The notes beneath the pieces are model-generated. The model had not been told where the DNA came from and did not search any database. It saw nothing but the letters and a program-made list of their open reading frames with translations. 64,000 nucleotides of DNA from Macrostomum hystrix (lineage: Eukaryota; Animalia; Platyhelminthes): contig CATNEN010000029.1 of the NCBI GenBank assembly GCA_950097015.1, forward strand, positions 4,588,001 to 4,652,000, in the 5' to 3' direction. The translations under genes and the position numbers were made by a program. This document shows positions 11,001 to 45,003 of the stretch, piece by piece. Each line of letters opens with the position of its first letter. The stretch's first letter is position 1.

Positions 11001-13716
11001 AATCTCTCGATTTGCAAAGCATCCAATTGCAGAACGCGACAACAAGATGAGAAGTGCATTTACTGGTGAAAAAGCTTGTAAAATTATCGGCTAACGCATA
11101 GATTAATCATCAACTTTAGCACAACTTTAGAACAAAAGCACAATGATGACGCTTATAGAATAGAATTGTAGAGTTAATTTCCTCTACACCAGATTTGCGC
11201 TCAAAACACATAAAAAGTACTAGGCAGCCCAGTTGTGTATAGGGCAGCAGCTAGTGGACCAGTTATGCATGGGACAGAACCGGTGGGACTAGCTGGGGGT
11301 TGCATGGTCGCCGGACAAGAAGTTGATTAGGGCCTAATCCCATTACTTTCTCCTCTGATGCAAGGGCGAAGTTGCTGGAAAGTAAGCCTCTTCTCTCCTA
11401 ATAGAACTTCAATCTCTTTTGCTGCTGCTGCTGCTGCTGCCTGGTGTGAAGAGGAGACGGCAGCCGACCTGATCAGCTGGGAGAGTTCCCAGGCCCCTTA
11501 AATTCATTTAGGCAGACACTGTATACGATACAGATATTTTTTGTAGGCGGGGTCTGCAGTGGCTTCTTGCCACTGGGATTCGAAATTCGGAATAAAAAGA
11601 TTGTATCTTCCCAATTGCAACTCTCATAAGTGGATTCCATTTTTTATCTGCAAGATTGGCTAAAAAAACTCGACAAGAGAAAAACACATGGCTGGGCAGC
11701 AGCGTTGCCGAAAATGAAGCCTAAAATTATTATATATTTTTCCTCACCTGAGCTAGCTGAAGCAGCCGAGATCTCCGAGGCGTTCCGCGAACGCCACGCT
11801 TCCTCCGAGTTGGCCGACGCGGCGGCGGTGGCAGCGGCGGCGGCGGCGGCTGCTGCTGCGGCTGCCCGAGCGCTTTCAACGCGTCTCCTGATGTGGCGCC
11901 CGGCGCGCCACAGATAGGCGCGACGGCGAAGAAGCTCCTGGCGACGTTTCTCGGCGCCGCGTTGGCGCTCGCGCTGTCCGTCAGCCAGGCACTCCAGCTC
12001 CTGTTGTAGTTTAGTCAATGACGCCATTTTTTTAAGACTACAAAAATAATGGAGCAAAATAAAAAGCTTTAAAATGTGAAAGATGAAAAATTATAATGAA
12101 AACGAAGAAAACAAATACAATGAGACAAAGACTATAGATATAGGAATGAGACAAAGACTTTAGAGAGAATTAAATCAAAACTATAAATAGAATTAAAACA
12201 AATAAGAATTATAACAAAGACTATAAAAAGGATTTTAACAAATGCTTCTGATAGAATGATAGAATGACAAAGACTATAAATAAAATGAAAACAAAGACCT
12301 TAGACTTACTGATCATTTCACTGAATTGGGAAGCGCAAGGATATCGGAATGAAACAATCGCTGCTTACCCTGATGTAGCCAAGCGCCTTATTGAGCACAT
12401 TGAGCATTGTCAGTCGGCAAGCCTGGCCCTGACTAAGCGGCAGCTGGTCCCGCAGGCTGTCCAGGCACTGGCGCAGGTGAGCTCGCCTGAATAGATTTAA
12501 AATTTGGATTAACCCAGTTTTTCTAATCACTAGGTGACTGACCGTACGCCTTTTGTCAGTGTCATAGAGTGAGGTGGGTGTACAGAAAAGACGTGGGTGA
12601 AAATTAGTAAGGTGGGTGTTTATACAGTAAACACGGTTGGTGAAAAGGAGCGAGGTGGGCATTTTGGAAGAGTTATGTGGGTGCCATGGAGTGAGGTGGG
12701 TGTCGAGGGGTGAGGCGGGTGTGTAGGAGTGAGTGGGTGTGAAGAAGTGAGTGGGTGTAAAGTAGTGAGGTGGGTGTAAAGTAGTGAGGTGGGTGTAAAG
12801 GAGTGAGGTGGGTGTAAAGTAGTGAGGTGGGTGTAAAGCAGTGAGGTGGGTGTAAAGGAGTGAGGTGGGTGTAAAAGAGTGAGGCAAAGAGTGAGGCGGT
12901 GTAAAGGAGTGAGGTGGCTGTAAAGGAGTGAGGCGGGTGTAAAGGATTGAGATTGGCCTCATTGAGCAAAGTGATTGCGCATGCACATCTCTCCTATTAT
13001 AGTCAAGTACACTCTCAATAGTAAAAAGCGTTCTCTACCCGGCGGCGGCCGAATTTAATAAGGTCTGGCCAGGGGTTGGAAGACAGGTTTACCGCTTAAT
13101 TAATTCAATTAAGTCATCAACGAGTGAGCTAAATCCTTTGTTTCGTAAGCTTTTGCATGCGGGCCATCAAAACGATTTGTCTTTTATTTTCGCCTAACTA
13201 TAGAGCACTGCAGCCGATACAGGTACAGGGTGTGCCATTTCGACGAATCATATTTTTCGGATTCAGCGGAGAGAACTCACAGCTTTAGCCTCCTAAAGCT
13301 TTGATATGTATACGACTATAGTAAATCATTGCAAAGTGGCTTGCGCAGTGCCAGAGTGTCCGCATTAATCCTCTCACACTCTCACACTAGGCCAGTGCTT
13401 TATTTAATACAGACTTGATTATAGGGCTAGATGAAGGCTTAAGATTGGCCGCTGGAGTAGCACGCGCTTGTCGCCTCCAAGCGAATCTAATCCCCCTAGA
13501 GCCAGGAGCAGCAGCAGCAGCAAATCCGTCTATATCATTTGAAATGATCAGCTATGGTGACCAGCAAATGGCAGCCAATCTCCTCTTTTCGTGCCCCAAT
13601 CTTCCCCCCTTTTTTCGACCTAGAAAAATGCGGGGTAGAAAAACACGCGCGCAACAGAACTGTGCTGTGGGGATCGCGTGCTTGTCACTCAGCCAAAACC
13701 AGATCATATTCGAGCA

Positions 13717-13755
<39 letters not shown>

Positions 13756-16700
13756 TGCAGCTGCAGTGCTGGTAATCTGGGGTGGCCGAGCTAAAGTTTT
13801 TCCAATCGCATCTGTAAAAATAACACACTCTCGGCCTCCACTAACGCTCTGAGTTTTAGCTCGTAGATTTTATATTTCACTGCGATATTGTGATGCAGTT
13901 TTCATAGCTTTAAAAACGCTTACTTACCACTCTTCGAACCGATGTCTTTGCCTATAGCCTACTATACAGTCGCTTCATTATTTCTTAACCTATTAAAACT
14001 CTCGGGTGTTTTATTTTTTTCTTTATATCAATCTTCTATCCCACTTTTCCATTCACTAAGTTTCTCAGTTTCCCTTACATCGAGCGTAAAGTAGTGAGGT
14101 GGGTGAAAAGGAGTGAGGCGCGTGTAAAGGGGTGAGGTGGGCGTAAATGAGTGAGGTAGGCGTAAAGGAGTGAGGTGGGTGTAAAGGAGTGAGGCGGGTG
14201 TAATGGAGTGAGGTGGGCGTAAAGGAGTGAGGTAGGCGTAAAGGAGTGAGGTGGGTGTAAAGGAGTGAGGTTCTCCCCAGTTTTTCTTTCTCCCTTTCTT
14301 CCGGTCTCTTCTTCTCTCCAGTTTTTCTTTCTCTCTCTCTCCCTTTCTCCCTGTCTCCCCTTCTCACCTTCTCTCCCTCTCCCAGACTCTATTTTAGCAT
14401 CTCTAGCCTTTTCCCATTGCTTTTCTCCGACAATATTTAAATATGTATCACACGTTGCAAATAATAGTCTCAGTAAAGAAAATCTGCTATTAAATATTCC
14501 GTACTCTAGGCTTCATCATTTCCAATTAGATCCCTTTTTTGTTCACACCTGGCGAACCGCATCCCATCATCAAACCGTCTCTCTCTCTCTCTCTCATTTA
14601 ACCCAGCTGAGATCAACAAGCACAGCCCCTAGTCTTTTATCTGTGAATCTCTTAAGAAGTGTACAATGCTTTTATAGCCCGTTGCCAATGAAAATTAATT
14701 GAGAGACATGGCGCAGTTAAAACAAAGGAAACAGACTACAGTGCATGTACATATGCACACTATAGAATATAGATTGTCTAGTTGGGTGGCTTGTAGTTAA
14801 ATTATAGTATTTTAATACTTTGTATTAGCTAATCCACTTTCGGGACAGCATAGGAATCGGATCAATAAGATTATAATAACTCCACTGAAACTTAAAACTA
14901 AATCTACAGAAAAAACTACGAGAAATAAAAGTAATAAAACTACGAGCTTAGAAAAAAAGCGAGACAAAAAAACAGGCAGACAGGCCGCATTAGATCAAGG
15001 CGTTTAGCCAGGTACTGAGGAGGGTTTCGAGTGAATCTGTTTCATTGCCCGGCCATAAAATTAGGCTATCTCCGCAGCAGTCTCAGAAGCAAGGCAATAC
15101 CGGCCATTACCTACAGCCAAGGTAAAAAATGTAAAACAAGCAACACAAGCAACTCGGGCCTGGAGTTGCTATGGGGCTCCAGAATGCTGAATATATACAC
15201 AAGTAAAATAGTACTCGTATATACACGTCTGGACAAGTAAAACATTCAAACTGCTTTTGAATGTCAAGAGCTTTGGACTTCTGACTGAAGGGTCCAAAGT
15301 TCGAATCCCAACCACCCAATCACTCGATCAATCCGTGTCCTTAAGCAAGAGCTGGGCCAAAACTGAACGCAGCCTTTAGAAGCGCCTATTATCTTCTAGT
15401 ATTATAGACGCGAGACAAAGAAGGCCCCTTCTTCTTTCACACCTATTTTTCCTTACACTATCTCCTGTTCATAGTTTGCTCAACCAAACAGAGAACATTG
15501 AAAATGAATGCTTGGCATTGAAAGTTATGCCGCATTGCTAATTAATGCTTTTAATCAAGTGGCGAAGTGACTCATCTTTCATATCAACTCATCCACCATG
15601 GCAACAACGCGAAGCAGCGCAGACTATACTCACCCGCCCCGACCCAAGCCACCCACCCACCAAAACACCGAGAGTGAGAGAGAGTGAAAGAATCCAGAGT
15701 TTTCGCTGAGAAATCTGAAACCAGAAAATCTGACATGGCGGTTCACGCCAACGCGAGCACACACGCGGAGGAGGGGGGAGCGGAGTCTCTCATTTCCCAC
15801 CATCCAGTTCCTAACTAGGCTTTCATTTCTCGATTCTCACTTACATCTAAGCCGGTTGCTCATATATATTGATATATGGATATAGATAATATACTCGTAT
15901 ACACGCGACAGCTCTCCGCTGTTGGCATGTCAGTTTCAAACTGAGTTTCTACAATTCGCTTTTTTGGATTAGAGAATGGACTTGCGAAAAGGCGAGACTG
16001 CTGAAATTAAAGGCCTCAAAAACTTCTTAGGCCTGTATAGGGAAGCGTTCTATTCCTGCTCCTCTCACTCATCCCCCTACTTTCCCAACCATCCTACACT
16101 CTTCAGATTCTTTGAAGCCCCGGTCGCTTGAGTGCACGCGTACTTTTTATGAATCACACAACTAACTAGATGCCAGTAATTCAATAAGGCCAGTACAAAG
16201 TCACTTGCCTTGCAAGGCCGATAGCATGCTAGGATGATGGATGACCAATGGGAACGGGTGATAGGATGATGGATGACCAATGGGAACGGGTGATAGGATG
16301 ATGGATGACCAATGGCAACGGGTGATAGGATGATGGATGACCAATGGGAACCGGTGATAGGATGATGGATGACCAATGGGAACGGGTGATAGGATGATAG
16401 ATGACCAATGGGAACGGGTGATAGCATGATGGATGACCAAGGGAACCGGTGATGGGATGATAGATGACCAATGGGAACGGGTGATAGGATGATGGATGAA
16501 CAATGAAGATCTAGGTCACGAGTGACTAATTATGGTTATAAACAGTCGTGGTGCAGGATCATAAGATATAAGGCCGACTGACCTGTTTTTCTCCAGCTCA
16601 TTGTGACTGCTGCGGCTGGTGTCATGAACTGGACGCCGGCCAGCGGTGATCATCGAGGCGGACACTGGGACAAGTCGTTGATGAAGAAGAGGCTGCTGCT

Positions 16701-17049
16701 GTTGCGGCTTTATCTGTACGGGCTGTTGCTGCTGCTGCTGCTGCTGTTGCTGCCACAGGCCGTTTGAAGCGTTGGGTATCTTCAGCCGCAACTGCAGTGG
16801 CATCGGGCGATTCAGCAGGCCTGCGGATGTGGTTAATGCGGGACTACAGCATGAGTTCGGGACTACAGCATGATTTCGGGACTACAGCATGAGTTCGGGA
16901 CTTAAGTATCCACACTTACTAGTCGGCGGGAAGCGAGCTCTTACTGACGAATCTCTCTGCTCTAACAGCATGGCAGCTTCATAGAGTATCATGAGGCCGT
17001 TGCCGCCGTTCGAATACCTGTTACCGACTTGGCCTTGCCGCCTGTCCAT
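8001..17049 (-). CDS. MXD: Mad/Mxi1 (MXD)-family bHLH-ZIP repressor, 292 aa; exons 17049-16920, 16820-16583, 12486-12369, 12000-11748, 8140-8001
   Basis: N-terminal SID-like GLMILYEAAMLLEQRD. Basic region RSSHNELEKNRRAHLRQCLDSLRDQLP, helix 2 RLTMLNVLNKALGYIR, then ELECLADGQRERQ...LLRRR. All introns GT-AG with consistent phases (total 879 nt). The last exon is assigned on phase and a Mad-like acidic Ser-rich tail, so it is less certain. Confidence 0.88.
9024..9670. repeat. AG-rich compound microsatellite with a 300-bp tandem duplication
   Basis: Lines 9061 and 9361 are identical. Confidence 0.93.
10360..11000. repeat. 23-bp minisatellite (ACAGACACTGTGAACAGCAGTTT)
   Basis: Direct repetition in the last MXD intron. 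Confidence 0.95.
12565..12945. repeat. 20-bp minisatellite (GAGTGAGGTGGGTGTAAAG(G/T)), copy 1
   Basis: Direct repetition. Confidence 0.9.
14085..14270. repeat. 20-bp minisatellite of the same family, copy 2, same orientation
   Basis: Direct repetition. Confidence 0.9.
15262..15350 (+). mobile_element. Degenerate tRNA-derived SINE head fragment
   Basis: Stem CTTTGGAC...GTCCAAAG, B-box GTTCGAATCC, then GTGTCCTTAAGCAAGA resembling the family A body. Confidence 0.4.
16232..16500. repeat. 32-bp minisatellite (GATGACCAATGGGAACGGGTGATAGGATGATG)
   Basis: Direct repetition. Confidence 0.92.
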
Positions 17050-18989
17050 GATGTTAACTGATTGCTTTAAAGGTAAATTAGCCCGAAATGCAATCTTTTT
17101 GCAATCTGCTGAATGGCTACGTATCTGAGATCTTGTTTTTATACAGGCTAACTAGGAAGGCTTTGCTGACTTCTGCCTGGGAGCGAACCAAAGTGAGGAA
17201 AAGGGTTGCGCCGTTATTGTGCGTAGGCTTAAATAGAGGACTGCAGATGCCACGCACTCGCCTATCCACTCCGCCCCGTGTAGGACAAGCGGGGCTTGAT
17301 TGGCTGGTTACTTTTCTAGCCTCCCCAAATCATTTACCCACCCTCTCAAGGCTGGGAATTCCCTTTCAGCTCTCGGGAAACCCCAGCCACAAACTTCAGT
17401 CCCTATTCCGCAAGCCTGTAGTAAAACTGGAAAGGTCGCGTCAGAATGATGCTATTTTTAGATATTTTTTTCCAGCAGCATGCCACGCGCGCGCGCCTGG
17501 GCATTAACTTCTATGTAGATAGTGTAGAGAGAACAGAATGTACATACATGGCTGTAGGAAGAGGGTGGAGAAGGCTCTGTTAGTCACATCATCACAGCTT
17601 AGGAGAGTTGCAGCTTAACCGAGACAAATGAGCTAGAGTGCTCTGTGAAATTGCATCAACAACACAGCACAACACAGCACAACACAGCCATGATCCGATC
17701 TACGAGCTATCCCTAAACCTTCGCGTTATATATAATAACTTCCCATTAACAAAAAAATGACGTGACGCATTCCCTGGGAGCTGCGCTTCTGATTACAAAA
17801 ATGTCCAGATGCTAAAGGCACACAAGACACAGTGACACCATGCAACAGCAGTGTTTCCTATGAATTCTGCTTATCTCCTAGCATTCAAGCAGATGCGCGT
17901 CTTTGTCAGAGGCGGGCCTGATTTCAGCTGGATTATAAATATAAAAATATTCGCAGCCTGCAAGACGATCCACCTGAGGGCATTAGCGCCCGCATCTGAT
18001 TTACAATTCAATCACGATAAGGAACAGGATGAAGCCAGGCGGAGAAGGATGGGGCTTGGGAAGCTGCAAACAGTGAAATGGGTGATGGACCGATGTCAGA
18101 AGAGAAGCGGGCATGAGAGAAACAGAAAACATCATTCACCTTAATGCACAATTGCAATTCACAGTAGCGAGCGCTTGCAAGATATCAGGCCACTCAATTC
18201 CTTGTAAACAAGCAATCTCATTGTAGAGCTAAGGCTCCTTCGACCCTGGGACAACAGGGAGTGGAGAGGCTTACAGACAGCAGGCTTACAGACAACAGGT
18301 TTACAGACAACATGCTTACAGATTGAACATGATTACAGACAAAAGGATGACAGACAACGGGAATACAGACAGCAAAGCTATAAAAAGCATAACCCACCAG
18401 GGAACGAATAAAAACAGATTTAGAAAGCGAACAAGCAGGACAAAAAGCAAGAGAAGACAGGGCAAGGAGACAGAGAGACAGAGCGGAGAGTCAGCTCAGA
18501 GGCAGACAGAGCCATGGCAGCCAGTGAAGCTGCAGGAGTTGATAAAGTCAGGAGGGACTGCAGTCCAGGCCGCTACAGCATCGCCAGTTAATTAGCAGCC
18601 CAACAGCGACTCTCTGCTCTGTTGGGAGGCTGAACTGGGTGGGCACCCCTCTCCCTGTTCTCTCATCTCCCCTTTTGGGCTCCCCAATTAGACTGCCCTC
18701 GGCATGGCCCACACTAATTGGGGCAAATGAGAGGAATATAGGGATGCGCACAGGGGACCGCAGAAACTTTTTCTTCTGTCCGAAATCCCTTCCCCACCCC
18801 AGTCTCAACGGCACAACTGTTCTCAATTCAAAATTCTCCTATTGTTGTCCGAACAAACAATAGAAATGGACTAGTCAAAAAATTGCGAGGTAATCAACAA
18901 GCTAGTAGCCCTGTTAGTGTTACAGTTTATTGAGGGGTGAATATTGGCAACAGAGTATAAATCTATGCAGCACAGAAAATATTCCTCAA

Positions 18990-19340
18990 GATTCTGTGGC
19001 CTCTCAATCTGTGAATTCCCAACTGTAGCATCTCAATCTGTGAATTCCCAACTGTAGCATCTCAATCTGTGAATTCCCAACTGTGGCATCTCAATCTGTG
19101 AATTCCCAACTGTAGCATCTCAATCTGTGAATTCCCAACTGTGGCATCTCAATCTGTGAATTCCCAACTGTGGCCTCTCAATCTGTGAATTCCCAACTGT
19201 GGCCTCTCAATCTGTGAATTCCCAACTGTGGCCTCTCAATCTGTGAATTCCCAACTGTGGCCTCTCAATCTGTGAATTCCCAACTGTGGCATCTCAATCT
19301 GTGAATTCCCAACTGTGGCTTCTCAATATTCGAATTTCCA
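18990..19340. repeat. 29-bp minisatellite (GAATTCCCAACTGTGGCATCTCAATCTGT); one detached unit at ~20055-20090
   Basis: Direct repetition. Confidence 0.93.
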
Positions 19341-20164
19341 ACTCTGCTACTGTGAGTCAGTTTCCTCTAAAGCTACTCATGGGAGTTTTTCTTTGCCTCT
19401 CAAACTTCCCATAATAACCGTGCTCTATATATGAACCGCTGTTCCCAGTTAAACAATATTTCATTTGTGCCAATTATAATAGTCAAAGTGAAGTTAGTCA
19501 GGGGGCAACTGGGAGGCAGCCAAATGTAGTGTAGTTTTAGTACTACTACTGAAACCACGCGGCCCATTGTTCAAACGGTTCCATACGAGGGTATGGAAAA
19601 AAGGAAAAGCTGAAAAACGCATAGCCGAGTCTCGTCTGTTTTCGGAACTGAGTGGAATTTTTTTGCTGTGTTTTTTGTTAGAAACCACATTCTCACTCAC
19701 ATGGCAACAAGTAAAACAGTTTTTTCTGTTAAACGACTGTTTTGCCATTGTTATTCAGCAATTAAAATGATTAACTATACGGCGCAAGTAGGTTCGTAAT
19801 TTTTTTAAATTGCTTAGATGCAACAATGCCAAAACCACTCAAGCATCTGAAATTCAGCGCGAACAGGTAAAACTGACAGCAGCAACAAGTAGTAAACAAA
19901 TAATGCCTAGAAATGCAAATTAAGTATCAATAATTTATTTCAGGAGTTAGTTTGAATAAACTACTACTATGTAGCGGATTTCTCTAATGCAGCCAGAAAT
20001 ATAACTTAATCGGAAATATAACACTTTTACAGGAAAATTCCTAATTGTGAATTTGGGAATTCCCAACTGTGGCATCTCAATCTGTGAATTCCCAAAATTC
20101 CCAACAATTAGAAGACACGGTCAAATAGATTACAGGTGTAATGGATCATCGGAGCAATGTATCA

Positions 20165-20640
20165 CTAGAGTAAGGAATCACCGGTGGGGTTACAGGTGTA
20201 AGGAATCACCGGTGGGGTTACAGGTTTGAGGAATAACCGGTGGGATCACAGGTGTAAGGAATAACCGGTGGGATCACAGGTGTAAGGAATAACCGGTGGG
20301 ATCACAGGTGTAAGGAATCACTGGTGGGATCACAGGTGTAAGGAATCACCGGTGGGATCACAGGTGTAAGGAATAACCGGTGGGATCACAGGTGTAAGGA
20401 ATCACCGGTGGGATCACATGTGTAAGGAATCACCGGTGGGATCACAGGTGTAATGGGTCACAGGTGTAAGGGATCACAGGTGTAAGGGGTCACGGGTGTA
20501 AGGGGTCACAGGTGTAAGGGGTCACAGGTGTAAGGGATCACAGGTGTAAGGGATCACAGGTGTAAGGGGTCACGGGTGTAAGGGGTCACAGGTGTAAGGG
20601 GTCACAGTTGTAAGTGATCACAGGTGTAAGGTGTAACCGG
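20165..20640. repeat. 28-bp minisatellite (GTAAGGAATCACCGGTGGGATCACAGGT) that shortens to a 19-bp unit
   Basis: Direct repetition. Confidence 0.92.
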
Positions 20641-21593
20641 TGCAGTTATATCCACCGATGTGAGATGTCACCGGGTGTCACCTGTGAATCACCGGTGAAT
20701 CGATAGTGTGTTAGTTTGACTGCAATATAACAAGTGGAACTAATCACTTGTGTTTAGTTCTAATGCTAAAAAATGAAATAGAAAATAAATAAAAACAGTT
20801 ATTGTCTGGTGCTGTTTCGTAATAATAATCAATAATTTAATCAATCTACGCAAGTGTATTTTCTAATCTAATAGAATTGATTTTGAATAGCATAGCAAGA
20901 CATGGAATTTAATGGAGTTTTTGTTAATCTTTTCGAACGAAAAAGCATTTTACAGACCAGAACACTATCATAAATCGCGTATAAGAATGATTAAATTCTG
21001 GATAACAGTCATATAGTCTAGATCATATATCAGTCAGTCAGTGAAGCTAAAATGGAAAGTGACTCTATTAAGCAAGTTGCTAGAGAACAACACTGAAGTG
21101 TCACACTGATGACAGCATCACACACAATCCAACTAATATAGGACAAGCACAATCAATAGACATTAAATCACTTTAATGAACAAACCTAGAGATAATATAG
21201 CAGAAACTGGTACAACAACGCATACTAAACGCTTGGGCAAATTGAATTAATTAGAATAACAAATTTTTTAGCGAATAATCACACAATCCGTCCTCTAGCA
21301 CTAAACTAAGAAAAATATGAGTAAAGGAAAATTTATTTGAAGAGAATAAAAAAGTCTAGACTCTGTATCTAGTTACTAGCTTGCCGATGGCTAAACTCGG
21401 TACAAATACACAGACATATGGTGATGCGCGCACTAGGCTAACTCATAGATGCGAATATTTATATTCATTTAACTGTTCATGCTAACAGGCAAGTATCAAC
21501 CAACTAAGAGGTCAGCAGTTCGAATCTACCAGCTCAGAGGAAACTGGTGTCTGTCCATGGACTGAAAAAGTGTATTCGAGTACACAGCAATAG

Positions 21594-21890
21594 AGGCTTG
21601 TAGCCTAGTGGTTAGAGCGTCGGAAATCCCCGACTTAAAGGTCGGGGGTTCGATTCCCGACTCTACTGACACAATAATTGGGTCTTTAAGGAAGACACCT
21701 GACTATGCATTGCTTCAGTTCATCCAAGCTATTAAAAATAGGTACAAGCATATATTCTGGGGTGATTGAAGGTAGGTGTGGCATCCCCCCAGTCCATGGA
21801 CTGAACAGCCGTACGCCGTACGCGGCTGAGCTGTCGGCTGCACATCTGACAGATGCAGTAATCCAATTATTATTATTATTATTATTATGA
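21594..21890 (+). mobile_element. tRNA-derived SINE, family A (near full length), CORE-like body, (ATT)n tail
   Basis: A-box TAGCCTAGTGG, B-box GGTTCGATTCC, body GGGTCTTTAAGGAAGACAC...TGCTTCAGTTCATCCAAGCT, 3' GCTGTCGGCTGCACATCTG, ATT tail. Homologous pieces at 25580, 27671 and 58528. Confidence 0.85.
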
Positions 21891-22135
21891 TTATTAATAT
21901 TACGGTAGTTAAAGAGGTCAAAAATCTACATTGAAGGAATCACCAACGAGTAGGTAGGTACCTAAGCAGTATTTAGATGAAGTAAATTAGCCAAATTAAA
22001 TAATTTTATTAATCAGTGGAGTGGTTAGCGTCAATAACAAAAGAACAGTATAGTTTGCTAGTGTTTATTATGCAGTTTTCAGTCAATGGGACACAAACTC
22101 ATCGTAGCGCCTTGTAGAGCTTCGAAAAAACAGCC

Positions 22136-42024
<19,889 letters not shown>

Positions 42025-45003
42025 TTTCAGTATTTTTACTCAAACGATGAATAAAAAATGTCAACTTAGACAAGAATGATAACTGTCTACTATAAAGCAA
42101 TATTTGGAAATTTTAAGTCGATAAAAGAAACCGTAATTTATTTACGTGTCAAACTTCGTAGAAAAATCATAAGTCTGTCTTATTTTAAAACATTAAAACG
42201 AAAGTTATGTAATGTTTTAAAAAATGTGTACATAATTATACACTACGCTATGAACAAACGTTTGTAACTAAAAAATGGAACATATCGACAACTATACTAG
42301 AGTATACTCTAGTTGTCCATGATGGGGCACTACAAAGTTCATTTAATTTAACTGCAGGTATACGGCCCGGATACACATTGTAAAGCATCTGTGTGATTTA
42401 GAAGTCACTTGTGAGTAATGGCGGAAGTGCAGAAATTGCGACTTTAGTTGGAACACAGCATTAGCAGACAATAGTAATACTTTTTCATTATAAGAGATTT
42501 CATATCACTCGTAAAACTTTTGCAGCTATATACGGTAATTGACCACACTGTAGTGTAAAGCCTCCAGAAGTCTGCAAGATAACAACTGCAAGGAGTCAAG
42601 GACCCCTAGAATAAGAGTTGGATAACAAGCATATAGACAGTTTGAACTAATATATTGTTTGTAAGTAAACAGAACAAATTATGAAAGGTGAAAAAACAAG
42701 TTTTTGAAAATTTTTGCATGATTTTGTTATTCGTGATATTTTGTAGTACGCTAGTTCAAAATATCTTTGAGTATAAATTTAAAGGTGTAAAATGTAGACT
42801 TGATCGAAATGAAAGTCACTTATTTAGGAAATTCTTGTTGTAGTGCTTTACAGAAAATATATGTAACATCGTTTCTATCATTTTGATTACTGCGAAATCG
42901 GCTAAATCTGAGCAAGTGTTTCAACTACTTTAAGTAGGCAGATCGTGCACTAGCATCCCTCCAAGAAGTGGCCAAGAGAGATCAAGTTAATGTCCAAATA
43001 AAGGGATCAAGATATGCTTCTTTGCAAAATCAAAATGCACGACGACATACGGTTTAATGTCTAGCATATCGAGGCATTCGCTTGAATTAATAGAACGTGT
43101 TTTGCTATACGGACTGGTCGAGTTCGCGACCGAAAACGATCGGGGACGAACGCTTTTCTGACGATGAAGCCAACATACACACAGAGAGGGATTTTAGACA
43201 TGCACACACAGAGATGATCAAGGGAGAGAGCTAGGGTTTAAAACACTTTTTTTTTAATTCCACTGCTATATGCATGTTTGGCTGGCAGGCAGACACAGCT
43301 GCCAGAATGCCGAGGAGAAAGTAAAAGTGCAAAGCTCGCCCCGCATCTCCCAGTTCCCTGTTCGCCTCATCCTAGCTGCTTCCTCATTTTCCACTCCCCC
43401 TTTCCCCAGTCAGAGCTCACAGTTTATAGCGAGCAGGCGGTGGAGCCAGTTGGGGTGGGGGCAGATGCTGATTTCCGCTGAATTCGAGACAGACATACAG
43501 AGCGCGGAGAGATTGGGCAGATGTAGGGATTTTAGTTACTGCTCTTTCTATAGTTTCGTTTTTAGTTACACATAGCAGACAGGCAGACATGACAGACAAA
43601 AATGCGCACACAGTTAGAAACACGCACAACGAAGCGATGTCACACGCCCCACCCTGCGGGTAGTTTGGGTTGGCATACTAATGCTGTAATCCTCATAGGT
43701 AATTTTCGCAATATTTCTACTGTAAGCTTTGCGCTTTGGCCCCTCGGGTTAGAGGAGGAGGCTCACGGATAAGGTGTAGAGAGGAGAAGCAGAAAGGGGA
43801 GGAATAGGGATGAGGAGAAGAGGATAGGGGAAGAGTCACGGACGCCCGGAGAATTATAGAGAGAAGGGGAGAAAAGATGACACGGGAATGAAAAACAGGA
43901 GGGGTTGGTGGCAATTTCTAGCTAACGGAGATGAGGGGTTAGATGGGAAAATTAGTTTTTGCAGGAGCGTTAGTGGAGTAAAACACACGCCGGGCCGGCA
44001 ACAGGGTTTTGCGTGCCCCTAGGCGATGGTGGACTGGCGGATGCAGCTGAGCAGAAAGCCAGAGTTGAGTCACCTTGGAGGCTGCTGCGAGGAAGGGCAG
44101 CAAACTACAATAGCAGCGGTCTCAGATTAGACAAGTTGACGGAGAGGCTAAAGTCAACAACAGACAGAGAGTGAGATGGTAACTATGAGATATGAGACGG
44201 GAAAAATCCAGTACAAGCCTCAGAAATGTCTGGCGCTATAGAGAAAAAAGTGCAAATTATATAACGCGGCCAGTTTATATCAGCAGCTTATAGCTTATAA
44301 GAATGAGAACCAATGATCAACGACAAACTTTGTCAGGTATCATAGGTACGGATTTCGCAGCCGCTTAATATAGGCATCTGCAGTGGCAGTCGCACAGGCC
44401 TACTATTTCCCAAATAGTCATCGATCCGTCTATATAAAAGTCTATAAGGACTAAGTCTATTAAGGACGAGCAAACGGAGAATTAGAGATTAAAAGACGCG
44501 CTTTTAGAAAACACAAGACACTGAAAAATGGCAAAGGGAGCTGGTTGGAAATTTATACCAATTTATAACATAACAAAGAATGACACGCCTATTTTAAAGC
44601 TTCGTTTAATTTAAACTTTAACTTTAATAAAGTTTGCAAATTTAAATTTTAACAAAAAACTTTCGCTGTCCAAAAAAGCGCACACGTCCGTTAAGCATAA
44701 TTTAAATAGGTAAATGCTCTATTTATGGGGCCATTTTTTGAAATTCCCTTCGTGTGTAGCATTCGGCAAAAGCAGCTGCAGCAGTTGATTGTCAGAGCCA
44801 GATAAACCTTTTATCCGAAAAATAATGGCTCGTCATGCTAAAGCGCGGGACAACTATTTTTTCCACGCTTCGTCGCGTCATTCAAAGCTGTGCACAATTT
44901 GCCAGAATGCAATACGAGTTCTGGGACAGTACTTTCGATTGCATAAAGTCTGCGGAAATGGCCGTATATGCAACTCAACCAACAGATGGACCACGAGTGA
45001 GTA

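Noticed and set aside
11220-11500. CAG-repeat segment as an extra MXD exon
   Set aside because: Two possible acceptors but no convincing donor or Mad-like sequence; the 8140-8001 exon fits phase and content better. An alternative last exon cannot be excluded.
42296-42313. 18-bp perfect palindrome ACTAGAGTATACTCTAGT upstream of the V-ATPase start
   Set aside because: No matching element boundaries or other copies found, and no function can be supported.
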